Below, piece by piece: positions 42,501-57,500 of a DNA stretch of 64,000 bases; positions within the stretch are counted from its first letter, which is position 1, and every line of letters begins with the position of its first letter. Origin of the DNA: Centroscyllium fabricii (taxonomy: Eukaryota); contig JBNRSN020000015.1 of NCBI GenBank assembly GCA_051313645.2, forward strand, positions 38,192,001 to 38,256,000. The letters run 5' to 3'. The notes under the pieces were generated by a model, which ran no database searches, was not told where the DNA came from, and worked only from the letters and a program-made list of their open reading frames with translations. Both the position numbers and the translations under genes were made by a program.

Positions 42501-45500
42501 ACTGGTGGATTCTGCTAGCGGCTTGGAATGAAGATGCTTGGAGGCGAGGATGCTTATAATCTCTGGGTTGACATCAAGTTGATGTGCACACTGTGCAGTA
42601 CCTTTGCCCATTACCTAGTTATGAAATCTATTTGCTTTTCTATAATTCTGTTCCTGTGTGGAGAATTGTCTCAAACCTGTTTGCAGGGTGGCAGACAAAG
42701 CAAAAGCACCTAGCACGAGTGGTGGTCAAAATTCTGTAAGATATTTTGCAGATAGAGGGGCCAGAAATATTTGCTCACTGTTTGCCAACTCTCCCAGTGG
42801 AAGGACTTGGTTAATGGGAAAGGTCTTCCGCAGGAGGTAGTCCACAGACGATGAGAATCAAAAGTGTGATAAGAAATCTGTGTAGGGTTGGTTACGTGGT
42901 TGTTGAGGTTGACATTGAGGAGTCGAATCTGAATGAGTCATTTGACCAACCAGACAACTTGTACAGCACAGTTGCGATTATGATTAATTAGGATGGTTGA
43001 AAGTGGTTGCGTTGTTTTAAAGGATCTTCTTGAAGTATTAAATTGTCACACTTAGGTTGTTGATGTGATGGTTGTGATTGGCAGTGCCATCACAATGGAA
43101 AGGAATTGGAATGATATAGATTGAATCTGCACAGGTTATCATGGATCATCGACGACAGCGGAGAATGAGCCGGTGTGAGATTGATGTTATTCTCAACATC
43201 TCATTAATATTTGCAGAACCAAATCCTGTGACCAATGTAACAGTTTTGAATCGCAACACCACTTCAGTTACTCTAAGCTGGGTCCGTCCAATCGACCACA
43301 AGCCTCGGTACAGATACAGGGTGGAGACTAGGGAAAATCCATCTTCAAATAGCACTGTTACTAATGAATCCATTACCGTGGCTCAACTGGACCCTGGAAC
43401 CAGATACACGTTCAGCGTGTTCACACTGGCGGCAGATGGTACATTAGCAGATCCGGTCACCATCTCTCTGACTACAGGTAGGAGTGCGGCTCAATTTGTA
43501 TTTTGGTTCAATGAGAGTTCCTCCATGACCAAGATTTTGAAAAACACTGGTTAGGCCTCAGCTGGAGGATTGTGTTCAGTTCTGGGTACTCCACTTTTGG
43601 AAGGATGTCGAGGGCTTAGAGAGGGTGCCCTTGACCGGTACCAGGGATGAGGGACGTCTGTTGTGTGGAGAGAGTGGAAAAGCCAGGGTTGTTCTCCTTA
43701 GAACAGAGAAGGTTAAGAGGAGATTTGATAGAGGTGTTCAAAATCATGAATGGTCTTGATAGAGTAAATGAGGAGAAACACTTTCCAGTGGCAGAAGGAC
43801 CGGTAACCAGAGACACAGATGTAAGGCAATTAGCAAAAGAAGCAGAGGCGACATGAGGAAACATTTTCTACACAGTGAGTTGTTGTGATTCAGAATGCAC
43901 TGCCTGAAAGGGTGGTGAAAGCAGATTCCGTGGTAACTTTGAAAAGGAAAAGTGGCAAAATATTTGAAGGGGAAAAAGTTGCAGGACTTTGGGGAAAAAG
44001 TGGGCGAGTTGGACTCGTTGGAAAGCTCTACCAAAGAGCCGGCACAGACACCATGGACCGTATGTCGTCCTCCTACGATCGATGGGTAAAACTGGAGACT
44101 GTCGCTTCTGATTCAATCGTAAAGAAATGGACACCCATGAACAGAAAGAAAACATCAAGCTGAAAATTCATGTGACGGATGTAATTTGACTATCAATCTT
44201 CGAGAATTGAAATCCAAATAATGTTGGATGCCTTTTATGTTAGCAGGTGGAAAGGGTCTAAAGTCAGAAACTTAACTGGACCAGTCAAATTGGGTTGTAG
44301 GCCAAAGAAATTAGCTAAGGACTCAGTCTATCCTTTTCCATTTCAGTCGGCAACATTTGTTGATTTGACCCTGACCAGAACTTGGATGGTTTTTAAGTAT
44401 TCAGTTCTATATCATGTTTTTTGTGTGTAACTTTCCTCCCAACAGTTCCTTCCAAGCCTGGAGATATTACAGTGACGAGCTTTACCAACAGTTCAATCTC
44501 TCTGAGCTTGGGGAAACCTACAGGCATGAAGGTCGCTCAATACAACTTTAGCATTATACACAGTCATTCTAATGGCAATGGCTCATTCATTGAGCGTACA
44601 AACTCCACCACAATAACTGGCCTAGAACCTGGAACCAATTACACCATCTCTGTAACTACCGTTGTTTTTGGTGATGTGAAGAGTGAAGCTGTAGTTATAA
44701 ACCAATTCACAAGTAAGTGAGACACAATTTCTGCTGTGGAACTCGATTTTAATGGACTGTGTGCATGGATGGATACAACCAATAAATGGTCTGCTCTCAA
44801 GCAATTGAGAACCCTAACTGTGGGATAGCTCTGCTGAGAGGTTATTGGAATGTGCAAGATTGGCATTGGCAGAAACCTTGGTGAACTCTGTTACTGACCG
44901 CTGTAGAGTGTATCGGTTTATTGGCAACCTTTCACATGCAAGAAGTGACTATTTTGTTTAAATGCAACCTTGTTGAGAAAGATGATACTTTTGAAATGGG
45001 ATAGACTAATGTATCTGATTTGGCAGGCTCTGGTGTCAAAATTTGATTGATAAGTGGACATTTCTTTGACATAGGTATCCATAGGGGTAGTAGAAGAGGA
45101 GACAGGATGAGTGGACCTGATTAATTCCCAGCCTAAAGCATCTTAGTTATCAAGATAGGTTAAAAGAGCTGGGGCTCTACACTTTAGAGAAGCATAGACT
45201 TGGGGTCATCAGGTTGAGGTTTATAGGATGTGTACCAGTTGACTCTTTGTTCCAACTAATTAGGTTAGGGAGGACAGGGGGGTCACAATTTGAAGCTGTT
45301 TAAGGCCAGATCTAGGTTCGATGTGATGAGGTGCTTCTTTTGCCAGAGAATAGTGGACCTCTGGAGCAGGCTGGCCGTCTCATGCAGCAGACGCCGATTC
45401 GATAAATTCCTTCACGTGAGAGCTCGACCTGTTTCTAGTTGGGGTGGATATCACCTCTGACGAAAGCTAGGTATTTCATGGAATTCAGAGTCCGAGTAAT

Positions 45501-48500
45501 CTCCTGGACTAGTTTTGTTCGCCTAGATGGGTCAGTGAGGAATTTCCCAGATTTTTTTACCCTAAATTGGTCTGGGTTTTAAAGATCACATGGTTTCAGG
45601 TGGGGTGGCAATATCGCGATTGTGTGGGACATGCTGGATGGAGCAGAGGGTCTTTACCTGTCGGTCATTGTTCATATGTTTGTATATTTGCTGTAAATTA
45701 CATCAAAGTTTTAGCAAGTTATAGCTTGGTGGAGTGACCGTTTCTCACCAATGGGACATTGGACCCATTGGCTCCCTGATACATTTGACACAGCAGACCA
45801 CAACAACAGCAACCCTCATTTATATGATGCCTTTAACGTAGGAAATTATCCCAAGGTGTTCCACAGAAGGGTTCTAAAAACAAAAATTGACACCGCTGCA
45901 TATCATTGAAGAATATTGTCTGCAGTGGAACACATGGGAATATATTTCAATAAATGGCGTAGATGGAACAGATGTGACAAATGTGCAATTGTGTGGAATC
46001 AGCAGTGTTGGCATCATCAGTTGATGGGCAACTGAAATCGAGGAAAATTAAGACGGTTGCAAAAGTTGTTCAACTGCAAGACAAGGCAATGGTTTATTGG
46101 ATACAAATTGCAGTAATGATGATTGACATCTATAGACAGGTAGCCTGTGATGATGTGACAAGCCAGCAGTGGCCGGCGAATGTTGCATCAAACTGGTGGA
46201 TTCTGCTAGCGGCTTGGAATGAAGATGCTTGGAGGCGAGGATGCTTATAATCTCTGGGTTGACATCAAGTTGATGTGCACACTGTGCAGTACCTTTGCCC
46301 ATTACCTAGTTATGAAATCTATTTGCTTTTCTATAATTCTGTTCCTGTGTGGAGAATTGTCTCAAACCTGTTTGCAGGGTGGCAGACAAAGCAAAAGCAC
46401 CTAGCACGAGTGGTGGTCAAAATTCTGTAAGATATTTTGCAGATAGAGGGGCCAGAAATATTTGCTCACTGTTTGCCAACTCTCCCAGTGGAAGGACTTG
46501 GTTAATGGGAAAGGTCTTCCGCAGGAGGTAGTCCACAGACGATGAGAATCAAAAGTGTGATAAGAAATCTGTGTAGGGTTGGTTACGTGGTTGTTGAGGT
46601 TGACATTGAGGAGTCGAATCTGAATGAGTCATTTGACCAACCAGACAACTTGTACAGCACAGTTGCGATTATGATTAATTAGGATGGTTGAAAGTGGTTG
46701 CGTTGTTTTAAAGGATCTTCTTGAAGTATTAAATTGTCACACTTAGGTTGTTGATGTGATGGTTGTGATTGGCAGTGCCATCACAATGGAAAGGAATTGG
46801 AATGATATAGATTGAATCTGCACAGGTTATCATGGATCATCGACGACAGCGGAGAATGAGCCGGTGTGAGATTGATGTTATTCTCAACATCTCATTAATA
46901 TTTGCAGAACCAAATCCTGTGACCAATGTAACAGTTTTGAATCGCAACACCACTTCAGTTACTCTAAGCTGGGTCCGTCCAATCGACCACAAGCCTCGGT
47001 ACAGATACAGGGTGGAGACTAGGGAAAATCCATCTTCAAATAGCACTGTTACTAATGAATCCATTACCGTGGCTCAACTGGACCCTGGAACCAGATACAC
47101 GTTCAGCGTGTTCACACTGGCGGCAGATGGTACATTAGCAGATCCGGTCACCATCTCTCTGACTACAGGTAGGAGTGCGGCTCAATTTGTATTTTGGTTC
47201 AATGAGAGTTCCTCCATGACCAAGATTTTGAAAAACACTGGTTAGGCCTCAGCTGGAGGATTGTGTTCAGTTCTGGGTACTCCACTTTTGGAAGGATGTC
47301 GAGGGCTTGGAGAGGGTGCACTTGACCGGTACCAGGGATGAGGGACGTCTGTTGTGTGGAGAGAGTGGAAAAGCCAGGGTTGTTCTCCTTAGAACAGAGA
47401 AGGTTAAGAGGAGATTTGATAGAGGTGTTCAAAATCATGAATGGTCTTGATAGAGTAAATGAGGAGAAACACTTTCCAGTGGCAGAAGGACCGGTAACCA
47501 GAGACACAGATGTAAGGCAATTAGCAAAAGAAGCAGAGGCGACATGAGGAAACATTTTCTACACAGTGAGTTGTTGTGATTCAGAATGCACTGCCTGAAA
47601 GGGTGGTGAAAGCAGATTCCGCGGTAACTTTGAAAAGGAAAAGTGGCGAAATATTTGAAGGGGAAAAAGTTGCAGGACTTTGGGGAAAAAGTGGGCGAGT
47701 TGGACTCGTTGGAAAGCTCTACCAAAGAGCCGGCACAGACACCATGGACCGTATGTCGTCCTCCTACGATCGATGGGTAAAACTGGAGACTGTCGCTTCT
47801 GATTCAATCGTAAAGAAATGGACACCCATGAACAGAAAGAAAACATCAAGCTGAAAATTCATGTGACGGATGTAATTTGACTATCAATCTTCGAGAATTG
47901 AAATCCAAATAATGTTGGATGCCTTTTATGTTAGCAGGTGGAAAGGGTCTAAAGTCAGAAACTTAACTGGACCAGTCAAATTGGGTTGTAGGCCAAAGAA
48001 ATTAGCTAAGGACTCAGTCTATCCTTTTCCATTTCAGTCGGCAACATTTGTTGATTTGACCCTGACCAGAACTTGGATGGTTTTTAAGTATTCAGTTCTA
48101 TATCATGTTTTTTGTGTGTAACTTTCCTCCCAACAGTTCCTTCCAAGCCTGGAGATATTACAGTGACGAGCTTTACCAACAGTTCAATCTCTCTGAGCTT
48201 GGGGAAACCTACAGGCATGAAGGTCGCTCAATACAACTTTAGCATTATACACAGTCATTCTAATGGCAATGGCTCATTCATTGAGCGTACAAACTCCACC
48301 ACAATAACTGGCCTAGAACCTGGAACCAATTACACCATCTCTGTAACTACTGTTGTTTTTGGTGATGTGAAGAGTGAAGCTGTAGTTATAAACCAATTCA
48401 CAAGTAAGTGAGACACAATTTCTGCTGTGGAACTCGATTTTAATGGACTGTGTGCATGGATGGATACAACCAATAAATGGTCTGCTCTCAAGCAATTGAG

Positions 48501-51500
48501 AACCCTAACTGTGGGATAGCTCTGCTGAGAGGTTATTGGAATGTGCAAGATTGGCATTGGCAGAAACCTTGGTGAACTCTGTTACTGACCGCTGTAGAGT
48601 GTATCGGTTTATTGGCAACCTTTCACACGCAAGAAGTGACTATTTTGTTTAAATGCAACCTTGTTGAGAAAGATGATACTTTTGAAATGGGATAGACTAA
48701 TGTATCTGATTTGGCAGGCTCTGGTGTCAAAATTTGATTGATGAGTGGACATTTCTTTGACATAGGTATCCATAGGGGTAGTAGAAGAGGAGACAGGATG
48801 AGTGGACCTGATTAATTCCCAGCCTAAAGCATCTTAGTTATCAAGATAGGTTAAAAGAGCTGGGGCTCTACACTTTAGAGAAGCATAGACTTGGGGTCAT
48901 CAGGTTGAGGTTTATAGGATGTTTACCAGTTGACTCTTTGTTCCAACTAATTAGGTTAGGGAGGACAGGGGGGTCACAATTTGAAGCTGTTTAAGGCCAG
49001 ATCTAGGTTCGATGTGATGAGGTGCTTCTTTTGCCAGAGAATAGTGGACCTCTGGAGCAGGCTGGCCGTCTCATGCAGCAGACGCCGACTCGCTAAATTC
49101 CTTCACGTGAGAGCTCGACCTGTTTCTAGTTGGGGTGGATATCACCTCTGACGAAAGCTAGGTATTTCATGGAATTCAGAGTCCGAGTAATCTCCTGGAC
49201 TAGTTTTGTTCGCCTAGATGGGTCAGTGAGGAATTTCCCAGATTTTTTTACCCTAAATTGGTCTGGGTTTTAAAGATCACATGGTTTCAGGTGGGGTGGC
49301 AATATCGCGATTGTGTGGGACATGCTGGATGGAGCAGAGGGTCTTTACCTGTCAGTCATTGTTCATATGTTTGTATATTTGCTGTAAATTACATCAAAGT
49401 TTTAGCAAGTTATAGCTTGGTGGAGTGACCGTTTCTCACCAATGGGACATTGGACCCATTGGCTCCCTGATACATTTGTCACAGCAGACCACAACAACAG
49501 CAACCCTCATTTATATGATGCCTTTAATGTAGGAAATTATCCCAAGGTGTTCCACAGAAGGGTTCTAAAAACAAAAATTGACACCGCTGCATATCATTGA
49601 AGAATATTGTCTGCAGTGGAACACATGGGAATATATTTCAATAAATGGCGTAGATGGAACAGATGTGACAAATGTGCAATTGTGTGGAATCAGCAGTGTT
49701 GGCATCATCAGTTGATGGGCAACTGAAATCAAGGAAAATTAAGACGGTTGCAAAAGTTGTTCAACTGCAAGACAAGGCAATGGTTTATTGGATACAAATT
49801 GCAGTAATGATGATTGACATCTATAGACAGGTAGCCTGTGATGATGTGACAAGCCAGCAGTGGCCGGCGAATGTTGCATCAAACTGGTGGATTCTGCTAG
49901 CGGCTTGGAATGAAGATGCTTGGAGGCGAGGATGCTTATAATCTCTGGGTTGACATCAAGTTGATGTGCACACTGTGCAGTACCTTTGCCCATTACCTAG
50001 TTATGAAATCTATTTGCTTTTCTATAATTCTGTTCCTGTGTGGAGAATTGTCTCAAACCTGTTTGCAGGGTGGCAGACAAAGCAAAAGCACCTAGCACGA
50101 GTGGTGGTCAAAATTCTGTAAGATATTTTGCAGATAGAGGGGCCAGAAATATTTGCTCACTGTTTGCCAACTCTCCCAGTGGAAGGACTTGGTTAATGGG
50201 AAAGGTCTTCCGCAGGAGGTAGTCCACAGACGATGAGAATCAAAAGTGTGATAAGAAATCTGTGTAGGGTTGGTTACGTGGTTGTTGAGGTTGACATTGA
50301 GGAGTCGAATCTGAATGAGTCATTTGACCAACCAGACAACTTGTACAGCACAGTTGCGATTATGATTAATTAGGATGGTTGAAAGTGGTTGCGTTGTTTT
50401 AAAGGATCTTCTTGAAGTATTAAATTGTCACACTTAGGTTGTTGATGTGATGGTTGTGATTGGCAGTGCCATCACAATGGAAAGGAATTGGAATGATATA
50501 GATTGAATCTGCACAGGTTATCATGGATCATCGACGACAGCGGAGAATGAGCCGGTGTGAGATTGATGTTATTCTCAACATCTCATTAATATTTGCAGAA
50601 CCAAATCCTGTGACCAATGTAACAGTTTTGAATCGCAACACCACTTCAGTTACTCTAAGCTGGGTCCGTCCAATCGACCACAAGCCTCGGTACAGATACA
50701 GGGTGGAGACTAGGGAAAATCCATCTTCAAATAGCACTGTTACTAATGAATCCATTACCGTGGCTCAACTGGACCCTGGAACCAGATACACGTTCAGCGT
50801 ATTCACACTGGCGGCAGATGGTACATTAGCAGATCCGGTCACCATCTCTCTGACTACAGGTAGGAGTGCGGCTCAATTTGTATTTTGGTTCAATGAGAGT
50901 TCCTCCATGACCAAGATTTTGAAAAACACTGGTTAGGCCTCAGCTGGAGGATTGTGTTCAGTTCTGGGTACTCCACTTTTGGAAGGATGTCGAGGGCTTA
51001 GAGAGGGTGCCCTTGACCGGTACCAGGGATGAGGGACGTCTGTTGTGTGGAGAGAGTGGAAAAGCCAGGGTTGTTCTCCTTAGAACAGAGAAGGTTAAGA
51101 GGAGATTTGATAGAGGTGTTCAAAATCATGAATGGTCTTGATAGAGTAAATGAGGAGAAACACTTTCCAGTGGCAGAAGGACCGGTAACCAGAGACACAG
51201 ATGTAAGGCAATTAGCAAAAGAAGCAGAGGCGACATGAGGAAACATTTTCTACACAGTGAGTTGTTGTGATTCAGAATGCACTGCCTGAAAGGGTGGTGA
51301 AAGCAGATTCCGTGGTAACTTTGAAAAGGAAAAGTGGCGAAATATTTGAAGGGGAAAAAGTTGCAGGACTTTGGGGAAAAAGTGGTCGAGTTGGACTCGT
51401 TGGAAAGCTCTACCAAAGAGCCGGCACAGACACCATGGACCGTATGTCGTCCTCCTACGATCGATGGGTAAAACTGGAGACTGTCGCTTCTGATTCAATC

Positions 51501-54500
51501 GTAAAGAAATGGACACCCATGAACAGAAAGAAAACATCAAGCTGAAAATTCATGTGACGGATGTAATTTGACTATCAATCTTCGAGAATTGAAATCCAAA
51601 TAATGTTGGATGCCTTTTATGTTAGCAGGTGGAAAGGGTCTAAAGTCAGAAACTTAACTGGACCAGTCAAATTGGGTTGTAGGCCAAAGAAATTAGCTAA
51701 GGACTCAGTCTATCCTTTTCCATTTCAGTCGGCAACATTTGTTGATTTGACCCTGACCAGAACTTGGATGGTTTTTAAGTATTCAGTTCTATATCATGTT
51801 TTTTGTGTGTAACTTTCCTCCCAACAGTTCCTTCCAAGCCTGGAGATATTACAGTAACGAGCTTTACCAACAGTTCAATCTCTCTGAGCTTGGGGAAACC
51901 TACAGGCATGAAGGTCGCTCAATACAACTTTAGCATTATACACAGTCATTCTAATGGCAATGGCTCATTCATTGAGCGTACAAACTCCACCACAATAACT
52001 GGCCTAGAACCTGGAACCAATTACACCATCTCTGTAACTACCGTTGTTTTTGGTGATGTGAAGAGTGAAGCTGTAGTTATAAACCAATTCACAAGTAAGT
52101 GAGACACAATTTCTGCTGTGGAACTCGATTTTAATGGACTGTGTGCATGGATGGATACAACCAATAAATGGTCTGCTCTCAAGCAATTGAGAACCCTAAC
52201 TGTGGGATAGCTCTGCTGAGAGGTTATTGGAATGTGCAAGATTGGCATTGGCAGAAACCTTGGTGAACTCTGTTACTGACCGCTGTAGAGTGTATCGGTT
52301 TATTGGCAACCTTTCACATGCAAGAAGTGACTATTTTGTTTAAATGCAACCTTGTTGAGAAAGATGATACTTTTGAAATGGGATAGACTAATGTATCTGA
52401 TTTGGCAGGCTCTGGTGTCAAAATTTGATTGATAAGTGGACATTTCTTTGACATAGGTATCCATAGGGGTAGTAGAAGAGGAGACAGGATGAGTGGACCT
52501 GATTAATTCCCAGCCTAAAGCATCTTAGTTATCAAGATAGGTTAAAAGAGCTGGGGCTCTACACTTTAGAGAAGCATAGACTTGGGGTCATCAGGTTGAG
52601 GTTTATAGGATGTGTACCAGTTGACTCTTTGTTCCAACTAATTAGGTTAGGGAGGACAGGGGGGTCACAATTTGAAGCTGTTTAAGGCCAGATCTAGGTT
52701 CGATGTGATGAGGTGCTTCTTTTGCCAGAGAATAGTGGACCTCTGGAGCAGGCTGGCCGTCTCATGCAGCAGACGCCGATTCGATAAATTCCTTCACGTG
52801 AGAGCTCGACCTGTTTCTAGTTGGGGTGGATATCACCTCTGACGAAAGCTAGGTATTTCATGGAATTCAGAGTCCGAGTAATCTCCTGGACTAGTTTTGT
52901 TCGCCTAGATGGGTCAGTGAGGAATTTCCCAGATTTTTTTACCCTAAATTGGTCTGGGTTTTAAAGATCACATGGTTTCAGGTGGGGTGGCAATATCGCG
53001 ATTGTGTGGGACATGCTGGATGGAGCAGAGGGTCTTTACCTGTCGGTCATTGTTCATATGTTTGTATATTTGCTGTAAATTACATCAAAGTTTTAGCAAG
53101 TTATAGCTTGGTGGAGTGACCGTTTCTCACCAATGGGACATTGGACCCATTGGCTCCCTGATACATTTGACACAGCAGACCACAACAACAGCAACCCTCA
53201 TTTATATGATGCCTTTAACGTAGGAAATTATCCCAAGGTGTTCCACAGAAGGGTTCTAAAAACAAAAATTGACACCGCTGCATATCATTGAAGAATATTG
53301 TCTGCAGTGGAACACATGGGAATATATTTCAATAAATGGCGTAGATGGAACAGATGTGACAAATGTGCAATTGTGTGGAATCAGCAGTGTTGGCATCATC
53401 AGTTGATGGGCAACTGAAATCGAGGAAAATTAAGACGGTTGCAAAAGTTGTTCAACTGCAAGACAAGGCAATGGTTTATTGGATACAAATTGCAGTAATG
53501 ATAATTGACATCTATAGACAGGTAGCCTGTGATGATGTGACAAGCCAGCAGTGGCCGGCGAATGTTGCATCAAACTGGTGGATTCTGCTAGCGGCTTGGA
53601 ATGAAGATGCTTGGAGGCGAGGATGCTTATAATCTCTGGGTTGACATCAAGTTGATGTGCACACTGTGCAGTACCTTTGCCCATTACCTAGTTATGAAAT
53701 CTATTTGCTTTTCTATAATTCTGTTCCTGTGTGGAGAATTGTCTCAAACCTGTTTGCAGGGTGGCAGACAAAGCAAAAGCACCTAGCACGAGTGGTGGTC
53801 AAAATTCTGTAAGATATTTTGCAGATAGAGGGGCCAGAAATATTTGCTCACTGTTTGCCAACTCTCCCAGTGGAAGGACTTGGTTAATGGGAAAGGTCTT
53901 CCGCAGGAGGTAGTCCACAGACGATGAGAATCAAAAGTGTGATAAGAAATCTGTGTAGGGTTGGTTACGTGGTTGTTGAGGTTGACATTGAGGAGTCGAA
54001 TCTGAATGAGTCATTTGACCAACCAGACAACTTGTACAGCACAGTTGCGATTATGATTAATTAGGATGGTTGAAAGTGGTTGCGTTGTTTTAAAGGATCT
54101 TCTTGAAGTATTAAATTGTCACACTTAGGTTGTTGATGTGATGGTTGTGATTGGCAGTGCCATCACAATGGAAAGGAATTGGAATGATATAGATTGAATC
54201 TGCACAGGTTATCATGGATCATCGACGACAGCGGAGAATGAGCCGGTGTGAGATTGATGTTATTCTCAACATCTCATTAATATTTGCAGAACCAAATCCT
54301 GTGACCAATGTAACAGTTTTGAATCGCAACACCACTTCAGTTACTCTAAGCTGGGTCCGTCCAATCGACCACAAGCCTCGGTACAGATACAGGGTGGAGA
54401 CTAGGGAAAATCCATCTTCAAATAGCACTGTTACTAATGAATCCATTACCGTGGCTCAACTGGACCCTGGAACCAGATACACGTTCAGCGTGTTCACACT

Positions 54501-57500
54501 GGCGGCAGATGGTACATTAGCAGATCCGGTCACCATCTCTCTGACTACAGGTAGGAGTGCGGCTCAATTTGTATTTTGGTTCAATGAGAGTTCCTCCATG
54601 ACCAAGATTTTGAAAAACACTGGTTAGGCCTCAGCTGGAGGATTGTGTTCAGTTCTGGGTACTCCACTTTTGGAAGGATGTCGAGGGCTTGGAGAGGGTG
54701 CACTTGACCGGTACCAGGGATGAGGGACGTCTGTTGTGTGGAGAGAGTGGAAAAGCCAGGGTTGTTCTCCTTAGAACAGAGAAGGTTAAGAGGAGATTTG
54801 ATAGAGGTGTTCAAAATCATGAATGGTCTTGATAGAGTAAATGAGGAGAAACACTTTCCAGTGGCAGAAGGACCGGTAACCAGAGACACAGATGTAAGGC
54901 AATTAGCAAAAGAAGCAGAGGCGACATGAGGAAACATTTTCTACACAGTGAGTTGTTGTGATTCAGAATGCACTGCCTGAAAGGGTGGTGAAAGCAGATT
55001 CCGCGGTAACTTTGAAAAGGAAAAGTGGCGAAATATTTGAAGGGGAAAAAGTTGCAGGACTTTGGGGAAAAAGTGGGCGAGTTGGACTCGTTGGAAAGCT
55101 CTACCAAAGAGCCGGCACAGACACCATGGACCGTATGTCGTCCTCCTACGATCGATGGGTAAAACTGGAGACTGTCGCTTCTGATTCAATCGTAAAGAAA
55201 TGGACACCCATGAACAGAAAGAAAACATCAAGCTGAAAATTCATGTGACGGATGTAATTTGACTATCAATCTTCGAGAATTGAAATCCAAATAATGTTGG
55301 ATGCCTTTTATGTTAGCAGGTGGAAAGGGTCTAAAGTCAGAAACTTAACTGGACCAGTCAAATTGGGTTGTAGGCCAAAGAAATTAGCTAAGGACTCAGT
55401 CTATCCTTTTCCATTTCAGTCGGCAACATTTGTTGATTTGACCCTGACCAGAACTTGGATGGTTTTTAAGTATTCAGTTCTATATCATGTTTTTTGTGTG
55501 TAACTTTCCTCCCAACAGTTCCTTCCAAGCCTGGAGATATTACAGTGACGAGCTTTACCAACAGTTCAATCTCTCTGAGCTTGGGGAAACCTACAGGCAT
55601 GAAGGTCGCTCAATACAACTTTAGCATTATACACAGTCATTCTAATGGCAATGGCTCATTCATTGAGCGTACAAACTCCACCACAATAACTGGCCTAGAA
55701 CCTGGAACCAATTACACCATCTCTGTAACTACCGTTGTTTTTGGTGATGTGAAGAGTGAAACTGTAGTTATAAACCAATTCACAAGTAAGTGAGACACAA
55801 TTTCTGCTGTGGAACTCGATTTTAATGGACTGTGTGCATGGATGGATACAACCAATAAATGGTCTGCTCTCAAGCAATTGAGAACCCTAACTGTGGGATA
55901 GCTCTGCTGAGAGGTTATTGGAATGTGCAAGATTGGCATTGGCAGAAACCTTGGTGAACTCTGTTACTGACCGCTGTAGAGTGTATCGGTTTATTGGCAA
56001 CCTTTCACACGCAAGAAGTGACTATTTTGTTTAAATGCAACCTTGTTGAGAAAGATGATACTTTTGAAATGGGATAGACTAATGTATCTGATTTGGCAGG
56101 CTCTGGTGTCAAAATTTGATTGATGAGTGGACATTTCTTTGACATAGGTATCCATAGGGGTAGTAGAAGAGGAGACAGGATGAGTGGACCTGATTAATTC
56201 CCAGCCTAAAGCATCTTGGTTATCAAGATAGGTTAAAAGAGCTGGGGCTCTACACTTTAGAGAAGCATAGACTTGGGGTCATCAGGTTGAGGTTTATAGG
56301 ATGTTTACCAGTTGACTCTTTGTTCCAACTAATTAGGTTAGGGAGGACAGGGGGGTCACAATTTGAAGCTGTTTAAGGCCAGATCTAGGTTCGATGTGAT
56401 GAGGTGCTTCTTTTGCCAGAGAATAGTGGACCTCTGGAGCAGGCTGGCCGTCTCATCCTTCACGTGAGAGCTCGACCTGTTTCTAGTTGGGGTGGATATC
56501 ACCTCTGACGAAAGCTAGGTATTTCATGGAATTCAGAGTCCGAGTAATCTCCTGGACTAGTTTTGTTCGCCTAGATGGGTCAGTGAGGAATTTCCCAGAT
56601 TTTTTTACCCTAAATTGGTCTGGGTTTTAAAGATCACATGGTTTCAGGTGGGGTGGCAATATCGCGATTGTGTGGGACATGCTGGATGGAGCAGAGGGTC
56701 TTTACCTGTCGGTCATTGTTCATATGTTTGTATATTTGCTGTGAATTACATCAAAGTTTTAGCAAGTTATAGCTTGGTGGAGTGACCGTTTCTCACCAAT
56801 GGGACATTGGACCCATTGGCTCCCTGATACATTTGACACAGCAGACCACAACAACAGCAACCCTCATTTATATGATGCCTTTAACGTAGGAAATTATCCC
56901 AAGGTGTTCCACAGAAGGGTTCTAAAAACAAAAATTGACACCGCTGCATATCATTGAAGAATATTGTCTGCAGTGGAACACATGGGAATATATTTCAATA
57001 AATGGCGTAGATGGAACAGATGTGACAAATGTGCAATTGTGTGGAATCAGCAGTGTTGGCATCATCAGTTGATGGGCAACTGAAATCGAGGAAAATTAAG
57101 ACTGTTGCAAAAATTGTTCAACTGAAAGACAAGGCAATGGTTTATTGGATACAAATTGCAGTAATGATGATTGACATCTATAGACAGGTAGCCTGTGATG
57201 ATGTGACAAGCCAGCAGTGGCCGGCGAATGTTGCATCAAACTGGTGGATTCTGCTAGCGGCTTGGAATGAAGATGCTTGGAGGCGAGGATGCTTATAATC
57301 TCTGGGTTGACATCAAGTTGATGTGCACACTGTGCAGTACCTTTGCCCATTACCTAGTTATGAAATCTATTTGCTTTTCTATAATTCTGTTCCTGTGTGG
57401 AGAATTGTCTCAAACCTGTTTGCAGGGTGGCAGACAAAGCAAAAGCACCTAGCACGAGTGGTGGTCAAAATTCTGTAAGATATTTTGCAGATAGAGGGGC

